NCBI GenBank assembly: GCA_002633005.1
Contig: NMRA01000464.1
Span: 294,623-358,622 of the forward strand
Origin: Phoronis australis
Taxonomy: Eukaryota > Animalia > Phoronida
Length of the DNA stretch: 64,000 nt
Direction: 5' to 3'
Below the pieces are notes generated by a model, which did not search any database, was not told where the DNA came from, and saw only the letters and a list, made by a program, of their open reading frames with translations. The stretch's first letter is position 1; every line of letters begins with the position of its first letter. Below, one piece after another: positions 1 to 12,846 of this stretch. The position numbers and the translations under genes are program-made.

Positions 1-632
1 ATTTTTTGATATACAAAGCTGAAACTTGGTACGATTATTATAGCACACAAGCATTACAACTGCGCCGCAAATCTTTAACTTCCAGTCAAAGGTGGCGGAA
101 ATATCAGCAATGGCCCATGCGCACCTCGATAACTGGCCGAAAACGTTTTCTCCTGCAGAGGACGCATTGGCGAACCAATCACTTTCAAACTGGTCACATG
201 TTTTTTGCTATTGATCAGCTTTTATAAAATTTTGTTTAATCAGAAGTCACTTTCAAGATGGAGGCTCTGGCGCATTTTTACCCATTTTCAATCGTTCTGC
301 GGTCGCTTTTTTAACGGGAAGAGCAAATGACATGAATTTTTGCATGTGGATTCCTTGAAGTATACTCTTTCAAAAATTCTGTAATAACGTTTTTCTCAGA
401 CTTGCCGTTTCCGAGTTATTTGACTTTGAATTTCAAAAAAACGCAAAATTTCAATTTTTCGAAAAATTCATGAAATGTTGCAAAACTGCCAGGTTACATA
501 GAGTTTTGAACAGGCTTTCAGAAGATATTTTCAATTTGTTGCTGGGACGTCTACTTTTTGAATTATTTGAGAGTTTCTGAAACGCTGTTCCTTAATTTGT
601 TGACCGATTTTGCTGTTCGCCAAGTGTCGCTC

Positions 633-1343
633 AAGACTGTAGCCTATTTACTGATATATCACATCTTCTCTAGTCACATGAGTGTTATAGTGTTGCTCAT
701 AATCACCACCTTCATCATCACAATCATCGTCATTAATTTCGCCTAGTCTCGCTCAAGATTATATAGGTAGCACTCAACAGTCAGGTCGCGGCCACGGGGC
801 ATTTTGTAGTGCCTACAATTCATATACAGGGCGTATGTCAGGTTTGGGTCGTTGTTAGAGGAATTAGTTGAAAACAGATGCCAGGAAACTGATTTACGTG
901 TGTTTTTGAATGAGAAAAGCCAAGTTTTTACCTACTTTTGATGTAAACCGGCTGTCATTTGCTATCAACCTCTGTCGTCTGCTGTCCGAGAAACCGGGTG
1001 CGTGAACAAGAAAGACTGCAGCCTATTTCTTACTGCTTTCTTCGCTACTCACATGAATGTTATCGTGTTGTTCATAATTGCCGCCTTCATCATCATGATC
1101 GTCATCGTCCTCCCCATCGTCGTCTTTTCGATTAATTTCGCCAAGTGTCGCTCCTCTGAGCTCTCTCGCGCTGTTGTCACTTTACCGGGTATTGAACAAG
1201 ACTGCAGCCCGCTATTTCTGACTGATTTCTTTGCTAGTCACAAGAATGTTATCGTGTTGTTCATAATTGCCACCTTCGTCATCATGATCGTCGTCGTCCT
1301 CCCCATCGTCGTCTTTTTTTATTAATTTCGCCAAGTGTCGCTC
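633..1343. repeat. Three diverged copies of a ~120-145 bp unit (about 633-752, 1011-1153, 1198-1343)
   Basis: Unit AAGACTGCAGCC...ATGTTATCGTGTTGTTCATAATTGCC...CATCATGATCGTC...ATTAATTTCGCCAAGTGTCGCTC recurs three times. Confidence 0.85.
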
Positions 1344-1475
1344 CGCATTGAAAATAACACGAAATTTTGGTATTCGGAATATACACAGGATTCTGAAAGG
1401 TGCTCCCAATCCCCACATCTCACTGGTTTTCACTGGCCCCTCACACTTGAGTTACGTTTAGTCTCTGTTTTCTAG

Positions 1476-1627
1476 TGGAAGACCCATCAGATGAGTTCCA
1501 ACGGATGCGCGACATTGTTGATGTGAAAAACTGCTCCACATTAACCCACTTCCAGCCAACATATCTGCGTAAAGGATTCTCTGAGAAAATGGTTACGGAG
1601 GCACGCGACAAATTGTTCATGAATCGG
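1476..1627 (+). CDS. HAT1: HAT1 internal exon (152 nt)
   Basis: Acceptor ttttctag|TG GAA GAC CCA and donor AAT CGG|gtgagt; EDPS..F.R.RD motif of HAT1. Confidence 0.9.
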
Positions 1628-4600
1628 GTGAGTCCTGCCTCCTTGAGGGAGCATTGAACAACCTTGTGATACTTTCATTCAGCTGGAGCCTGTATCAGAT
1701 GCGAACAATGACTACTGCATGTTAAAATTTTCCTAGCAATTTCACTGTAAATGGGGTTTATGAATACCACAGTCATTTAGTGTGTTCAATTTTAATTCTT
1801 GAACAAAAAGTTTTGAAGAAAGCAGTGTTGATGACGCCTTTGAAAATAATCATTGAACAGTCAGAAGAGCTGTAGAATGTAAGTATCTGCACAGGTTATG
1901 TGCATTTGTGACACGTTTCATGTGTCCCAAGTTTCTGTAAGATATAGCCTTGAATTAAAAACAGTGTGCGTGTTCCTTTGTAAATAACAGATTTCAGTGA
2001 ATACATTGCTTTTCATTTTTGGGGGAAATCCAAGACTTGTCACAGGTAGTGGAATATAGAAATGTTGCGTACAGGTGTCCATGAAATCTTTGGTATTTTT
2101 ATGTTAGTTAAGCCTTTTCTAACCAAGTTCTCATGCCAATAAAATCAACTTTCTCCATAGCGAATCATGTTCTTATCCTTTGCTTGAATTGAAATTGGTT
2201 ATTAATAGTGAGTTTGCCACCTAGAATTTCACTGATGGCCATACCTTCTGGGCAACTGAAACTAAGTCGCTGTGACAAACTGACAAACTGCTTAATGGGC
2301 ATAGTCTAAAGCAATGACAACCTTGTGGTCGCGAAAAACATTAACCCCACATGAAGGAGTGTGAGCATGAGTTATGGTAAACTTTATTTCTTCTTTGGTT
2401 GCTCGGTTCAAACCAATTAGCGGCATAAATCTCAACGACAAAAAGTGTAACTAAGCTCATCTGTATAAACGCTGATCAGCATAACAATTAACCAAATTGG
2501 CATGTTACATCAATAAACACAATCAGTCAGTCTCACATATTCAAGATACTATTGAAGAATATCGTCGTGTGGGAAAAGAGACATGGAAGAAGCCACATCA
2601 CCAACACAAAACCATCTTCTATCCACGAAGAAATTAGAAAGGAATACATCGACGGTTTAATATTGAGATCTCGTGCTCAGTGGATAGAAAATGGTGAAAA
2701 ACCAACAAGATATTTTAGTAATTTAAAAAAATGTAATTTTGTTAATAAAAATGTCTCAAGTTTAATAGGTGACAATGGTACATTGATCTGTAGTCCAAAG
2801 GGTATTCTGGAAGAAATAAAAAAATTTTACTCCAATCTTCATGCCTCAAAGGATGACCACTTTTCCCAATATGATTTAGATGCAATTTTAGAAAACACTG
2901 ATTCACCAAAACTGTAAGATAGTATAAGAGATTCATTGGAAGGAAATATTACTTATGATGAAATTCTATTTGTTCTCAAAAAGATGAAAAATAATAAGAC
3001 CCCAGGTCCCGATGGTTTTACAGCGGAATTCTAAAGATTTTTCTGGTCTGATTTGGGAGATGATTTAGTTGCAGCTTTTAATTGTATGTTTTCACAGAAT
3101 TCCCTACCATCCGCTGTAAAACAAGGTGTGATCCAAATTATTCCAAACACTAACAAACCTAGGGAACTACTCAAAACAAAAACTGGAGGCCAATTTCATT
3201 GCTCAATAAAAATTATAAATTAATTTCGGCATGTATTGCTGAACTTGTTAAGTCTGTCTTAAATTGCTTGATCCACGAAAACCAGAAAGGTTTTATTGCT
3301 GGTAGATACATTGACGAAAATATTCAAATAATTTATGGTCTTATCTGTGCAACTGACCAATTGAATATCCCTGGATTACTGGTCCTGGTGGATTTGAGAA
3401 GGCGTTCGACTCAGTTTCCTGGGTATTTCTACAAAAACCCTGTCTTTTTGTAGTTTTGGCCCAAACATCAAAAAGTGGGTATCGTTGCTTAATGAGGGAG
3501 CTATGGGTTGTGTAATTCAGTATGGAAAAACTTCAATTTTTTTGAAATGGGTAGAGGGTGCAAACAAGGAGACCCTTTATCTCCCTATATTTTTCTACTA
3601 TGTGCTGAGATTATGGGAAATCTCTTTAGGATAAACAAAAATATAAAAGGTGTCCAGATTGGATCTCAAGAATTTAAACTAGTCCAATATGCAGATGACA
3701 CTGCTATCATCCTCGATGGTTCCGAAAGATCATTAAAAAACTCTCTTGATCTACTTGACCAGTTCTTGAAGTATCCAGGTGTAACTACAAATTTAGAAAA
3801 AACAACTTGTGTCTGGATAGGTTCTATGAGGCAAAGCAATTCAAGGGTTTGTTCTGAAGAGGACTTAAAATGGTCTAGCTTGCAGTTTACTATGCACGGG
3901 ATTGTTTTTTCTACTGACATCCAGGAAATGAGTAATTTAAATTTTGATCGCAAGTTGGTTGATATTAAAAAGGAAATTATAAGATGGTCAAAAAGAAACT
4001 TAAGTACTCTTGGTAAAGTTACTGTGGTCAAATCATTTCTTCTCCCAAAACTGATCCATGTTTTATCATGTTTGCCAATCCCCAGGAGGAAAGTGTGACA
4101 GAATTAGTCGCAAAACCATGGTTCAACATTATGAATCTGGTGGTTGTAAAATGATAGATGTTTACTCTTTGGTAAAGGCAATTAGATAACATGGATGGGT
4201 AGGATCTTAAAAGCCATGAATTCCACAGCATGGTTAAAGGCGAAGGCAACCTTTTTCCGTGTCATTTTGAGCTAAAATAAGGTTGGTTGGTTATCCTAGA
4301 CATATTTTCCACTTAATTACAGCTTTTCGTAATTTTATTAATTACTCGTCCGCTATTCCGGAAGTGACGTTTTAGGAGGCAAGCGTTTCCCGCCACTTGG
4401 TTTTGCGTTGACTTTACCGTGCGAATCTGTTCTATTCTACTTTTGTTTTGTGCTGTTTTTCAACAATTGTCGCCACCACTTTCCATCGGCGAGTATTCTG
4501 CGGCAAGATAGGTTAGTAGAGAACTCAACTACGTTGGATTTAGGGATTGTTTAGTGTGTTGTAAGCTGAAAATGGCTGGAGTCGGTGACCCGTATCACAG

Positions 4601-7600
4601 TGACAGTAGTGTGAGTGACGGAGACCTTGTTCACAGCAGTGGTGACGAGGAATTTTTTCACGGACATTCAGTGGGTGGGTACATGTTTGAGCCCGAGTAT
4701 AACGAGGCAGAGTACGCACAGGCACAGGCATCTGTTGAGAGAAACGAGGCGGCTACTGAGGACAGACGTGTTGACACATCTTGGTGCAAATGCACTGTGT
4801 GCGTTGTTATGCCTACCTCAATGGAATGCTTGTGCTGTTCAGAGTTCGACGAGGCCAAGCCACTACTGGACATGGTTAAGTGGACTTCCGGCATACCACG
4901 TCGGATAGAGGAACAACTGTCCCACTTGCCACAGTGTCCCGCGACACACTCCCACTGGATGGTGACCTGAGCACCCAAACTGCTTACATCGTGTCGTGTG
5001 ACTCCCTCGCCACACACCTGGCACCTTCTAAATAGACAAGTCCACAATAAACTTATCAAAGTTTGGCTCACCGATCTGTTCACTGAACGACGAACTGTCC
5101 TCTTCACTAGGTGTCGAACTGGGCCTGTAATCACTCCCACTACTCAATATCGCTACAGGGCTGCTTAGAGGCTCTGGGTTGGAGAAAACAGCACAGGGCG
5201 AATCACTACTGGTTCCAGGAATTGTACGCTCTGGGGTACGTTCGGAGGCACGGGTGACAGTAGATGAAGTGCCTCCACTGGCTCCAGTCACTGTACTGGC
5301 CACAGCTCGCGAGGCTTCTCGCTTCAAAAACGCACTTCTCGGGGGTGGGGACAAGGCACTGCCGGGAATCAACACAAACGGAATGGCATCCTTCAGGCGT
5401 TGTTTCGCAGGGACCTTCATCAGTTCAGCGTACAAATCCCTTTCGTATCGGACGGCAGAAAGTGCTTGCCACACACACGGTAATTCTCCACTGCTTTCTA
5501 CATTGCGTGGTCGGGTAACGCTGCGTTCTTCATACGAACGAGCCAAGTACGGCGAAGTGTGTCATCCATCGGAAAGCGATGCAAAGGTACTCCCAAAGCG
5601 CGCGTGAGCCGCTAATTAGTACATTCCGGTACGCAGCAACAGTGTGGCATGTTGACTGACTAGTAAATGAAAGAAAAATGACGACGGAACGTGACACAAC
5701 CGAGGTAGAACAATGACTGACTCGGCAGCTCTCACAGTCAGACTATATGAAAAGAAATTGGCGCGAAATGCTTGCCTCCTAAAACGTCACTTCCGCAGTA
5801 GCGGACGAGTAATTAATAAAATTACGAAAAGCTGTAATTAAGTAGAAAATATGTCTAGGATAACCAACCAACCTTATGTTAGCTCAAAATGACATGGAAA
5901 AAGGTTGCCTTCGCCTTTAAGTCTCCTCTCAAACAATGATTTGATATCGTTGGAGTATCTAAAATTTGGGAACTATTTCTACAAATATGCCGCTTCTCAA
6001 ACTGAGAACCCTTTTTGGACGGAACTATTTAACTTTCTGTATGATTTTTCTAATATAATAGATCAGGAGGAAATACCGTATCAGCCAATTTGGTATAACA
6101 CTAATGTATTTATTGGTGGAGAAACTGTGTTTTGGCAAAGATGGTTTGAAAAGGGTGTTTATTACATCTCAGACCTACTAGACGAGCATGGATATATGTT
6201 ATCTTTTGAAGATTTTTGCAAAAAGTTCAATTTTGGACCAATGTTTGTGATTTTTTATGGGCTCAAAGAGGCTGTTTGTCAAAAATGGAAAACCTCAAAA
6301 AGAGACAAGTTTTCTTTCTATGCACCCTTTATCCCAATTTTTGTGAAATTATTACTTGCAGACAAAAAGGGTACAAACATGTATACAACACTTTTGTGCT
6401 AAACAAATGTTCTAGGCCTAGGTCTGAGATGAGGTGGCAGGCAGAACTTGCCATACCAAACACCATTGAATGGTGGAAAAATGCCTACTTTGTGAACTTT
6501 ACACTTGATCTGAAACTTCGTTGGTTTCAATTTAGACTGTCACATAGGGTATTCAGCTATAACTCTTATCTTGTCAAAATTGGGGTTAGTAACTCCCCCT
6601 TTTGTATGTTTTGTAAGAGTGAACCTGAGACTTTGCTTCACTTATACTAGCAATGTGATGTTGTTCAAAATTTTTGGAACAATGTTGAAGATTGGGTGAG
6701 GAAAAAAAACAATATTTCCCTGGTACAAATGTACTTACGTTTTTTTTTTGGAAACAGATGTAGAACGCAGCCAATTCGAAATTTAATCTTGTGTCTTTGC
6801 AAGTTCCATTCATATAAGCAACATCTCAAGGGTATACCTCCAAATGTAATATTATATTAACAAAAGAAATTGACAGTTACTATTCCTGTGAAAAATACAT
6901 TTATTCAAAAAATTTACAAATGGAAACATTTACAAACAGGTGGTCACAAATGCATAATTTAATGGCAATGTAAGGATATTTTATCATAATTTCTCACCTT
7001 TTTAGAGCCATATACTACTACACTGTCTTGTATGTTTTTTTTCTTTAAATGTATTTCTGAAATCCTGTTCAAGTATACATTTAACTTAGTAAACTTGCCC
7101 TGTCAGTTATGATGTCAACAGTTGATTGTGTTTGATTTCCACGTTGTACTATTACAACAAAGTTTTGGTAGTGAGAACCGCCAGTTAAGCATTCCAGCAT
7201 TTCATGGTATGTAAAGTGCTGCAGTAAGTGAGTGAAACTTTACTCACTTAGACATGTCTTCAGCAGTGACTGCAGTGTCTTTACTGAGTGACAGAGGAAA
7301 AGATTTCACCTCATTTTCAGAAACAAGCTCGGCACATTTATGAGATTTTACGTCTTCAAGCCACTGATCAGTCTGACAAGGAACAATACCGCGCTTATAG
7401 ATTGGACATCAAGAAGAGGCTTAATATACCATTTCAGGTAGTATTGACCTTAGTAAAAATTCTTAACTTTTTTAGGGCTGTGTCTTCAATTTCAAACATT
7501 GATATTTGTGAAATTTTGTATTTTTATTATGCGCTCTCATATGTGGCTGCATATTGCCATCATCTCTGTCTCGGCGTCCTTGGCTGTATCTCCTAAACCC

Positions 7601-10454
7601 CTTGCAGGATCTTAATGGAATTTGGCAGGTGCGTTCCTATGGGGTTGACAACAGAGGGCGACGAGTTTTGGACCAACAGAATACCACTGTGTCCCCTAGT
7701 GGCAGTTTTAGTTTTTTACGTTTGCCTCTGTATTTTCAAAGGTCCTCAACCGATTTTCATGAAATTTGGCGCATAGGTATCTGTTAATGAGGTGACGCTA
7801 CAATCCCTTTTTCGGATGGATTCGAGGCATTTTCGCTTTCTAGTGACCATTTTTACTATTTTCGAGTCTGTTTTTGGCGTCCGCCCTCTGTCAACCAAAC
7901 CACTCTAAGGATGATTGCAAAAATTGGCATGTATGTTTTTACTATAAAGAGAACGGTTGACGATGATTTTCCGACAACTTCGACTACTGTGGCACCTCCT
8001 AGTGGCAGTTTTGTTTGCTTTTTTGCGCCCATGGCTGGATCTTCTAAACGCTCTACAGAAACTTTAATTATTAAATGCAGCAATTGTGTTTATATGAAGT
8101 TGACAACGGACGATGTCGACTTTCGGACAGATCGGACTAGAGGTAATTTAATTTTTTTACGTTTACCTCTGTATCTTCAAAGGTCCTCTATGGATTTCCA
8201 GTAAATTTGGCACATATGCATGTATTAATGAGATGATGGTATCCTTTCGTTTTCGGATTGATTCGAGGTATTTTGCGCCACCTAGTGGCCATTTTTACTG
8301 TTTTCGAGTCTGTTTTTTGGCATCTGTCCCTCCCTCAACCAAACCACTCTAAGGATGATTGTGAAAATTGGCATATATGTTCTTACTATAAAGAGGACAA
8401 TTGATGATGTTTTTGCGATGACTTCGACTACTGTGGCGTCTCCCAGTGGCAGTTTTGTTTCTGTTTTTGTTTTGCACCCAAGCATACCTGTATCTCCTAA
8501 GCCCTCTGCAGATTTTTATTGAATGTAGCATGTGTATTTATATGAAATTAACGACGGAAGACAACTACTTTCAGACGGGTCTGAATAACACTGCCCCTTA
8601 GTGGCAATTTCATTTTTTCCGGTTTTCCTCTGTTTCTCAGAAGTTCCTCGACAAATTTTCATTAAATTTGATAAATACCACTCTTAGGATGATTGTGAAA
8701 ATTGGCTTATATATTGTTTGTGTGAGGAGGACGATTGACGATGATTTTCCGGTGTCAATTACTGTGGCGCCCCCTAGTGGCATTTTTGCGCCATTAGCTG
8801 TATCTTCTAAGCCCTCTTCAGAATGTAATTTAGTTAGTATATTTATGTGACATTGACAACGGAAGACGACAACTTTCAGATGGATCCGATGAATGCCTTG
8901 TTCCCAGTGGCAATTCCATTTTTTCCGTTATGCTAAAGTTTCTTGACAGATTTTCATGAAATGTGATAAATAGCTTTCTGTTAAAAAACAGTGACATTTT
9001 CCGGTTTTTTGATGGATTCTAAGTATTTTGCACTATCAAGTGGCCATTTTTATGATACTACCCTCCGCCGTGGAGTATTTGTTGCTGTTTCTTTCAAGGG
9101 AAATATTGTTGGGCAGTTTCCAAGATACGTGTTCTTGCCGCCCTCAAAATGAGCGCTGCATACTTTATGCCACAAAGTCGGAAAGAATTTACTAAATCGG
9201 CGTTTGCTACCAGCTCTACCGATGCTTCTGGTTTGTGCTTTCCCTGTTAGTGTACTGTAGAATAAGGCTGGCCAATATTTCTAGAAATATATCCACTCAA
9301 TTGTCAAAAGCTTGTAATGATGCCGTTCAAAACTCATTTTTCTTGTTGATAACCACCTATTCTCAGTTATGGAGCAAATTGTATGAACTCGGATCCCGAG
9401 GTTATCGGTACAAATCGGGTACTTTGAAAGGCCCACCGTTCATTGCACGCATAATTGCATTTCGTTGACTGAGCGGTGTTGTCACCACGATCCAGATCAG
9501 GAACTGGATCATCTGTCATATCAGGATCTGGGTCAACGTCCATATGTGGAACATCGCTATATTTGTAAAATAATCCACAGTCTTTAGGCCTTTTCACGAC
9601 TATGTTCATTACAATGTATCAAATGCACGCGTTTCATAAGGGAAAATGGAGATGACACGGGCTGTCCAAATTGCCGGAATTACTCCTCCCCCCTCCCCCC
9701 AAAAATGCAAATGGCATGGTTTGCTGCTGTTGTGAACGGCATGGAAGTTTTTCACAGGGGACAGTCATAAATGTCGGACCACCCAACAAAACTCCTTACA
9801 AATTAATGAGATGAGCTCAATTTCGATTGGCTGATGACATGAGTAATGCACCAAAACCAACCAATAGTATTCATTTAAGTGAAAAATGCACAAGCACCCA
9901 ATAAGATTGGAGTATGGCAACCAAACATTGTCCTAAATTGTTTGGCACAAAAAGTAAATTAAAACATGAAGGGCAAAGAAAATAAATTCTGTCTACATCA
10001 TTTTGTAAAGCAAAATCAAAATCAATGGGACATCCTGGAAATAAATTGTTCCCTGTCCTATGGCCGACACTTAATGAAATCTCTGCTTACATAGCAGTGT
10101 CAACACTTTTTCGATTTAACATTTTAGTTGTGTTGGATGAACAAGTTCAGCTTCATACTCTTACCAGTTTAAACTGAGATCAATATGATATATACCTTAA
10201 ACACTACACTCCTGACACTGTCTTGGAAGCTGTGCTTGGTTTTATTTGAAAACAAATTAACGTTACTTTGCTTTAAATTTCTGCAGAAAAATGGCCGAGA
10301 TTTTGAGAAATTACGACGAACGCTGGATCCAGAGGAGCTCTCAGCAACCATGGACAATCTGACGACAGAGCAGAGGTTCAAGTACCTACAGGAACAATTT
10401 GAGGAATTGGTCGATAATTATCGCTACGTTCTTGACAGAGTGGCTGGCTCGTAA
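1476..10454 (+). CDS. HAT1: Histone acetyltransferase type B catalytic subunit, 3' part; join(1476..1627,7321..7437,10287..10454); 5' exons lie upstream of the window
   Basis: Spliced translation VEDPSDEFQRMRDIVDVKNC...DKLFMNR/KQARHIYEILRLQATDQSDKEQYRAYRLDIKKRLNIPFQ/KNGRDFEKLRRTLDPEEL...YRYVLDRVAGS* matches the HAT1 C-terminus. All junctions are GT-AG and in phase. Confidence 0.93.
4572..4875 (+). pseudogene. Truncated KolX-like ORF (P2X7 cytoplasmic ballast/Zn-binding-like) of the Kolobok element
   Basis: MAGVG...GYMFEPEY...TSWCKCTVCVVMPTSMECLCCSE fits the YxFEP...WCxCxxC..M....ECLCC pattern. Confidence 0.75.
4870..5650 (-). pseudogene. Disrupted THAP domain plus N-terminal part of the Kolobok transposase
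   Basis: Minus strand from ATG 5650: MPHCCCVPECTN*...LHRFPMDDTLRRTWL...YRVCGKHF, frameshift, RLKDAIP (THAP C2CH and AVP-like box); then KFIVD...LFRRCQVC...TIQWECVAGHCGKWDS. Confidence 0.82.
7321..7437 (+). CDS. HAT1: HAT1 penultimate exon (117 nt)
   Basis: ttttcag|AAA CAA GCT CGG ... TTT CAG|gta; ARHIYEILRL...YRLDIKKRL. Confidence 0.92.
7522..9090 (+). mobile_element. Helentron-associated non-autonomous (HINE/DINE-1-like) element, copy 1, with central tandem repeats
   Basis: Reverse complement of the family at 19588-20834 and 53410-55129. T-rich start TTTTATTATGCGC and repeated ~145 bp subunits each centred on a CTAGTGGC-like core. The 3' end differs from the other copies and is approximate. 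Confidence 0.7.
10287..10454 (+). CDS. HAT1: HAT1 last coding exon (168 nt including TAA)
   Basis: tttctgcag|AAA AAT GGC; ends at TAA 10452-10454; AATAAA downstream at 10672-10677. Confidence 0.9.
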   Translation, partial: KNGRDFEKLRRTLDPEELSATMDNLTTEQRFKYLQEQFEELVDNYRYVLDRVAGS

Positions 10455-10671
10455 CAAGCAATGCATTTGTACACTTGACTAGCTCAGGATTGCGGTATCA
10501 GCAGTGCATTTTCCCAGTCAAGTGGCCCAAGTGGACAGTTGTTTTGCATGCATGCTGAGATCATTTGCAGGAGCACTATGTATTTATTTCTAATGTGTAG
10601 ACAACTCATTGATCTGTTACATGGTAGATTCATCATCCACAGGTTGATCCTCCCAGTTGTGTATCAAGAGC

Positions 10672-10677
10672 AATAAA
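10672..10677 (+). promoter_or_regulatory. Candidate HAT1 polyadenylation signal AATAAA
   Basis: First AATAAA seen after the HAT1 stop codon, about 220 nt downstream. Confidence 0.5.
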
Positions 10678-12440
10678 TCGGAATCAGTGCTATCTTAATT
10701 ATGAGGCCCATTAACCTGGGGAGATGGTTGACAATTAAAACCTTAGGAAACTAAGAAATCTGGCTTCGTTTATTTTTCCATTTTGCCCAACCATTTCATA
10801 TTGAGCGAGCTGGTGCCCAACTTCGAATGCACCCAGTAGGCATCAGTCATAGCATTCTGAGCATTAATTCAAGCATTTTTTACGTTTTCATTTCCAATAT
10901 TGAAACAGTTCATTGTAAGGATGTCTATCAATTTGTTACCATGGGTACATGCATGGTGAACTCTTAACAATTTTGGACACAATTGCCGAAATTCCCCTTT
11001 TATGTTGCCACATATACACGGTAAAATCTCACCAATTTAGGACAAAAAAATTGTCAAAATTTCTTATTTTGTTTTTCAAGGCCTAACAATGTTGTGAATG
11101 TCAACAATTTACTGATAGTAGTTGTGGCACTTGAACATGTTAAAGCTTTGATTTGGTGCTACTTATCTTTTGTGAAAAAACATAAAAATGAAATATCACT
11201 CAAACCAAAAGGTTCAAAAGCCTTCGGAGTCTAGGTAAATTGGGACACGTCATTCAAATTTTAATGGGCCGCTCTAACCGCGCCCGACATTACTGGGCAT
11301 TTGGGGAGCCCAGTGTGTCCCAAGCGTGGTACTGACGTTGAAACCCTGGTAGTCTAGCTCAGCTTTTTATAGGCCAAGGAGCAACCTACTGGATGGCACT
11401 GTTACATGCCTACAACATATAGTGCATGGCAACAAATGTTTTGTTTAATGGGCCCAAGCACGAGACCTGTGCATGTCTGAAGCACCGCAAATGACAGGCC
11501 ACCTGCACTATTTTTTCTTTTTAGTGGCCATTTTCGTCTTGTTGAGGGTCTTATTCAGTGATTTTGGGCGAAGGGATTTCAGGTTATCTAAAGTATACGT
11601 TTTGTTTTGATGGTATTGGTGGGAATAAATGGGATGACACTTTCTGTCTCGGATGATTTTGAACCGTGTTGACGCAGAAAGGCCGATTCGATGTTCATTG
11701 GGCAGTGATATTAGTGCGATTTTGCCCAGTTGCAACTGCCTACCAGGACATAAAATTAAAGAATTACAATTTGTGATGCTCTGCGTATCTATGCTTCATG
11801 TTCCTCTCAACTTTGACAATACACCCACAGAATGGCTGCTGCAGTTAAACTAGACTTCTTATGAATTGTATAAGTAACTCAACACATATTGGGCTTATTT
11901 TTAAAACGTTTTTAGTTTCGTGATCAATTTAGATTACTGCAACTGTTTGTTCTCAACTTCACAAAAACAAAGTGTCTTTATTAAGGAGATGGCACTACCT
12001 GCCCATCTTCAGGCTTACACTTATTAATATGTAAATTCTATTCTTGGAGTAGGTGCATCTATCTGCCAATCAATTAGTGACAGTTAATTTGTTGTACCCG
12101 CGAAATTATGTCAACTGTGATAAAACTTTACACTGCCACGGGGTGTTGCTACCGCCAACAGTTAGTATTTGTGTAGGGCTTCCCCTTAAGTTTGCAGGGC
12201 TGTGTTTTAGGTTTTCAGTTTTTGAATAACTATAATACTCCGAAATGGCAATTTTTTTTACTCAATTTTGATATATTGCACATACCCTTGAATAACTGAG
12301 CCTGGTACAAGCGAGTCCCAGCTCCAATAGAAGAAACCCAATAAAAGAGATAATTTGTGTTCTGAAGTGGAATTTAACCAAAACTGGTGATTTATTGAAC
12401 CAGAGTGTAAGCAGTACAACATGATCTTTTGTATCAAGGA

Positions 12441-12514
12441 ACAATATTACAGCATTCAGTGTTTGCACACCTTCCAACAATGTTACAGCATTCATTGTTT
12501 GCACACCTTCCAAC
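12441..12514. repeat. 36-bp tandem duplication
   Basis: ACAAT(A/G)TTACAGCATTCA(G/T)TGTTTGCACACCTTCCA twice. Confidence 0.9.
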
Positions 12515-12682
12515 TAATACAACCACTACGAGTAAAACAACTAATGTACATCACAACTTAACAAATCTGGTGTACATCAAACACTTAATAATTCTTTCTT
12601 TTCAGGCAGATGCGATTGGTTCACCTCTTCTAAAACAGTTGCTTCGTTTCAAGAGCAATGCTAGACCAAGAGCCAGGGGTCA

Positions 12683-12846
12683 AATTGACCTATCGCAAGC
12701 TCCGCCCACTTGCCAAAACTTGACAAACAATAAGTTTTACCCAACATGTTTGTCGGGTAAAATGGTTTGGAAATGAAGGTGTCAAGAATCCTGCGTTCCG
12801 TTTGGTCAGTTAAGCCATCACTCAAAATCCTGGGGATAGGTTAATT
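12683..12846. mobile_element. MITE family A, copy 1 (AATT-flanked, GACCTATC-type TIR)
   Basis: AATTGACCTATCG...GATAGGTTAATT; homologous to 21007-21186 and 26899-27076. Confidence 0.8.

Larger units (their letters stand above)
4238..5916. mobile_element. Internally deleted Kolobok DNA transposon with ~160 bp TIRs and TTAA target duplication
   Basis: TTAA(4234-4237)|AGGCGAAGGCAACC...GGTTGCCTTCGCCT|TTAA(5917-5920). Near-identical ~160 bp inverted termini and convergent KolX-like and THAP-transposase remnants. TTAA plus purine-purine termini are Kolobok hallmarks. Confidence 0.9.
2620..6972 (+). mobile_element. 5'-truncated, decayed L1/Tx1-clade LINE ORF2 (RT plus zf-RVT) in a HAT1 intron, interrupted by a Kolobok insertion
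   Basis: Across frameshifts: LRSRAQWIENGEKPTRYF, KTPGPDGFTAEF, NWRPISLLN, QKGFIAGR, GRGCKQGDPLSPYIF, YADD, and C-terminal CMFCKSEPETLLHL. The frame AW-LSLLSNN is restored when 4238-5920 is removed. Confidence 0.92.

Noticed and set aside
4554-4970. P2X7 receptor gene
   Set aside because: Only the Cys-rich ballast-like segment is present, inside Kolobok TIRs; there is no channel domain.
7554-8850. Short ORFs with TTVAPPSG repeats (also at 19550-20861 and 53710-53973)
   Set aside because: Chance translations of the HINE tandem subunits; frames are not maintained between copies.
9755-10085. hAT-like MITE with CAG...CTG imperfect TIRs
   Set aside because: TIRs are too diverged and no target duplication is visible.
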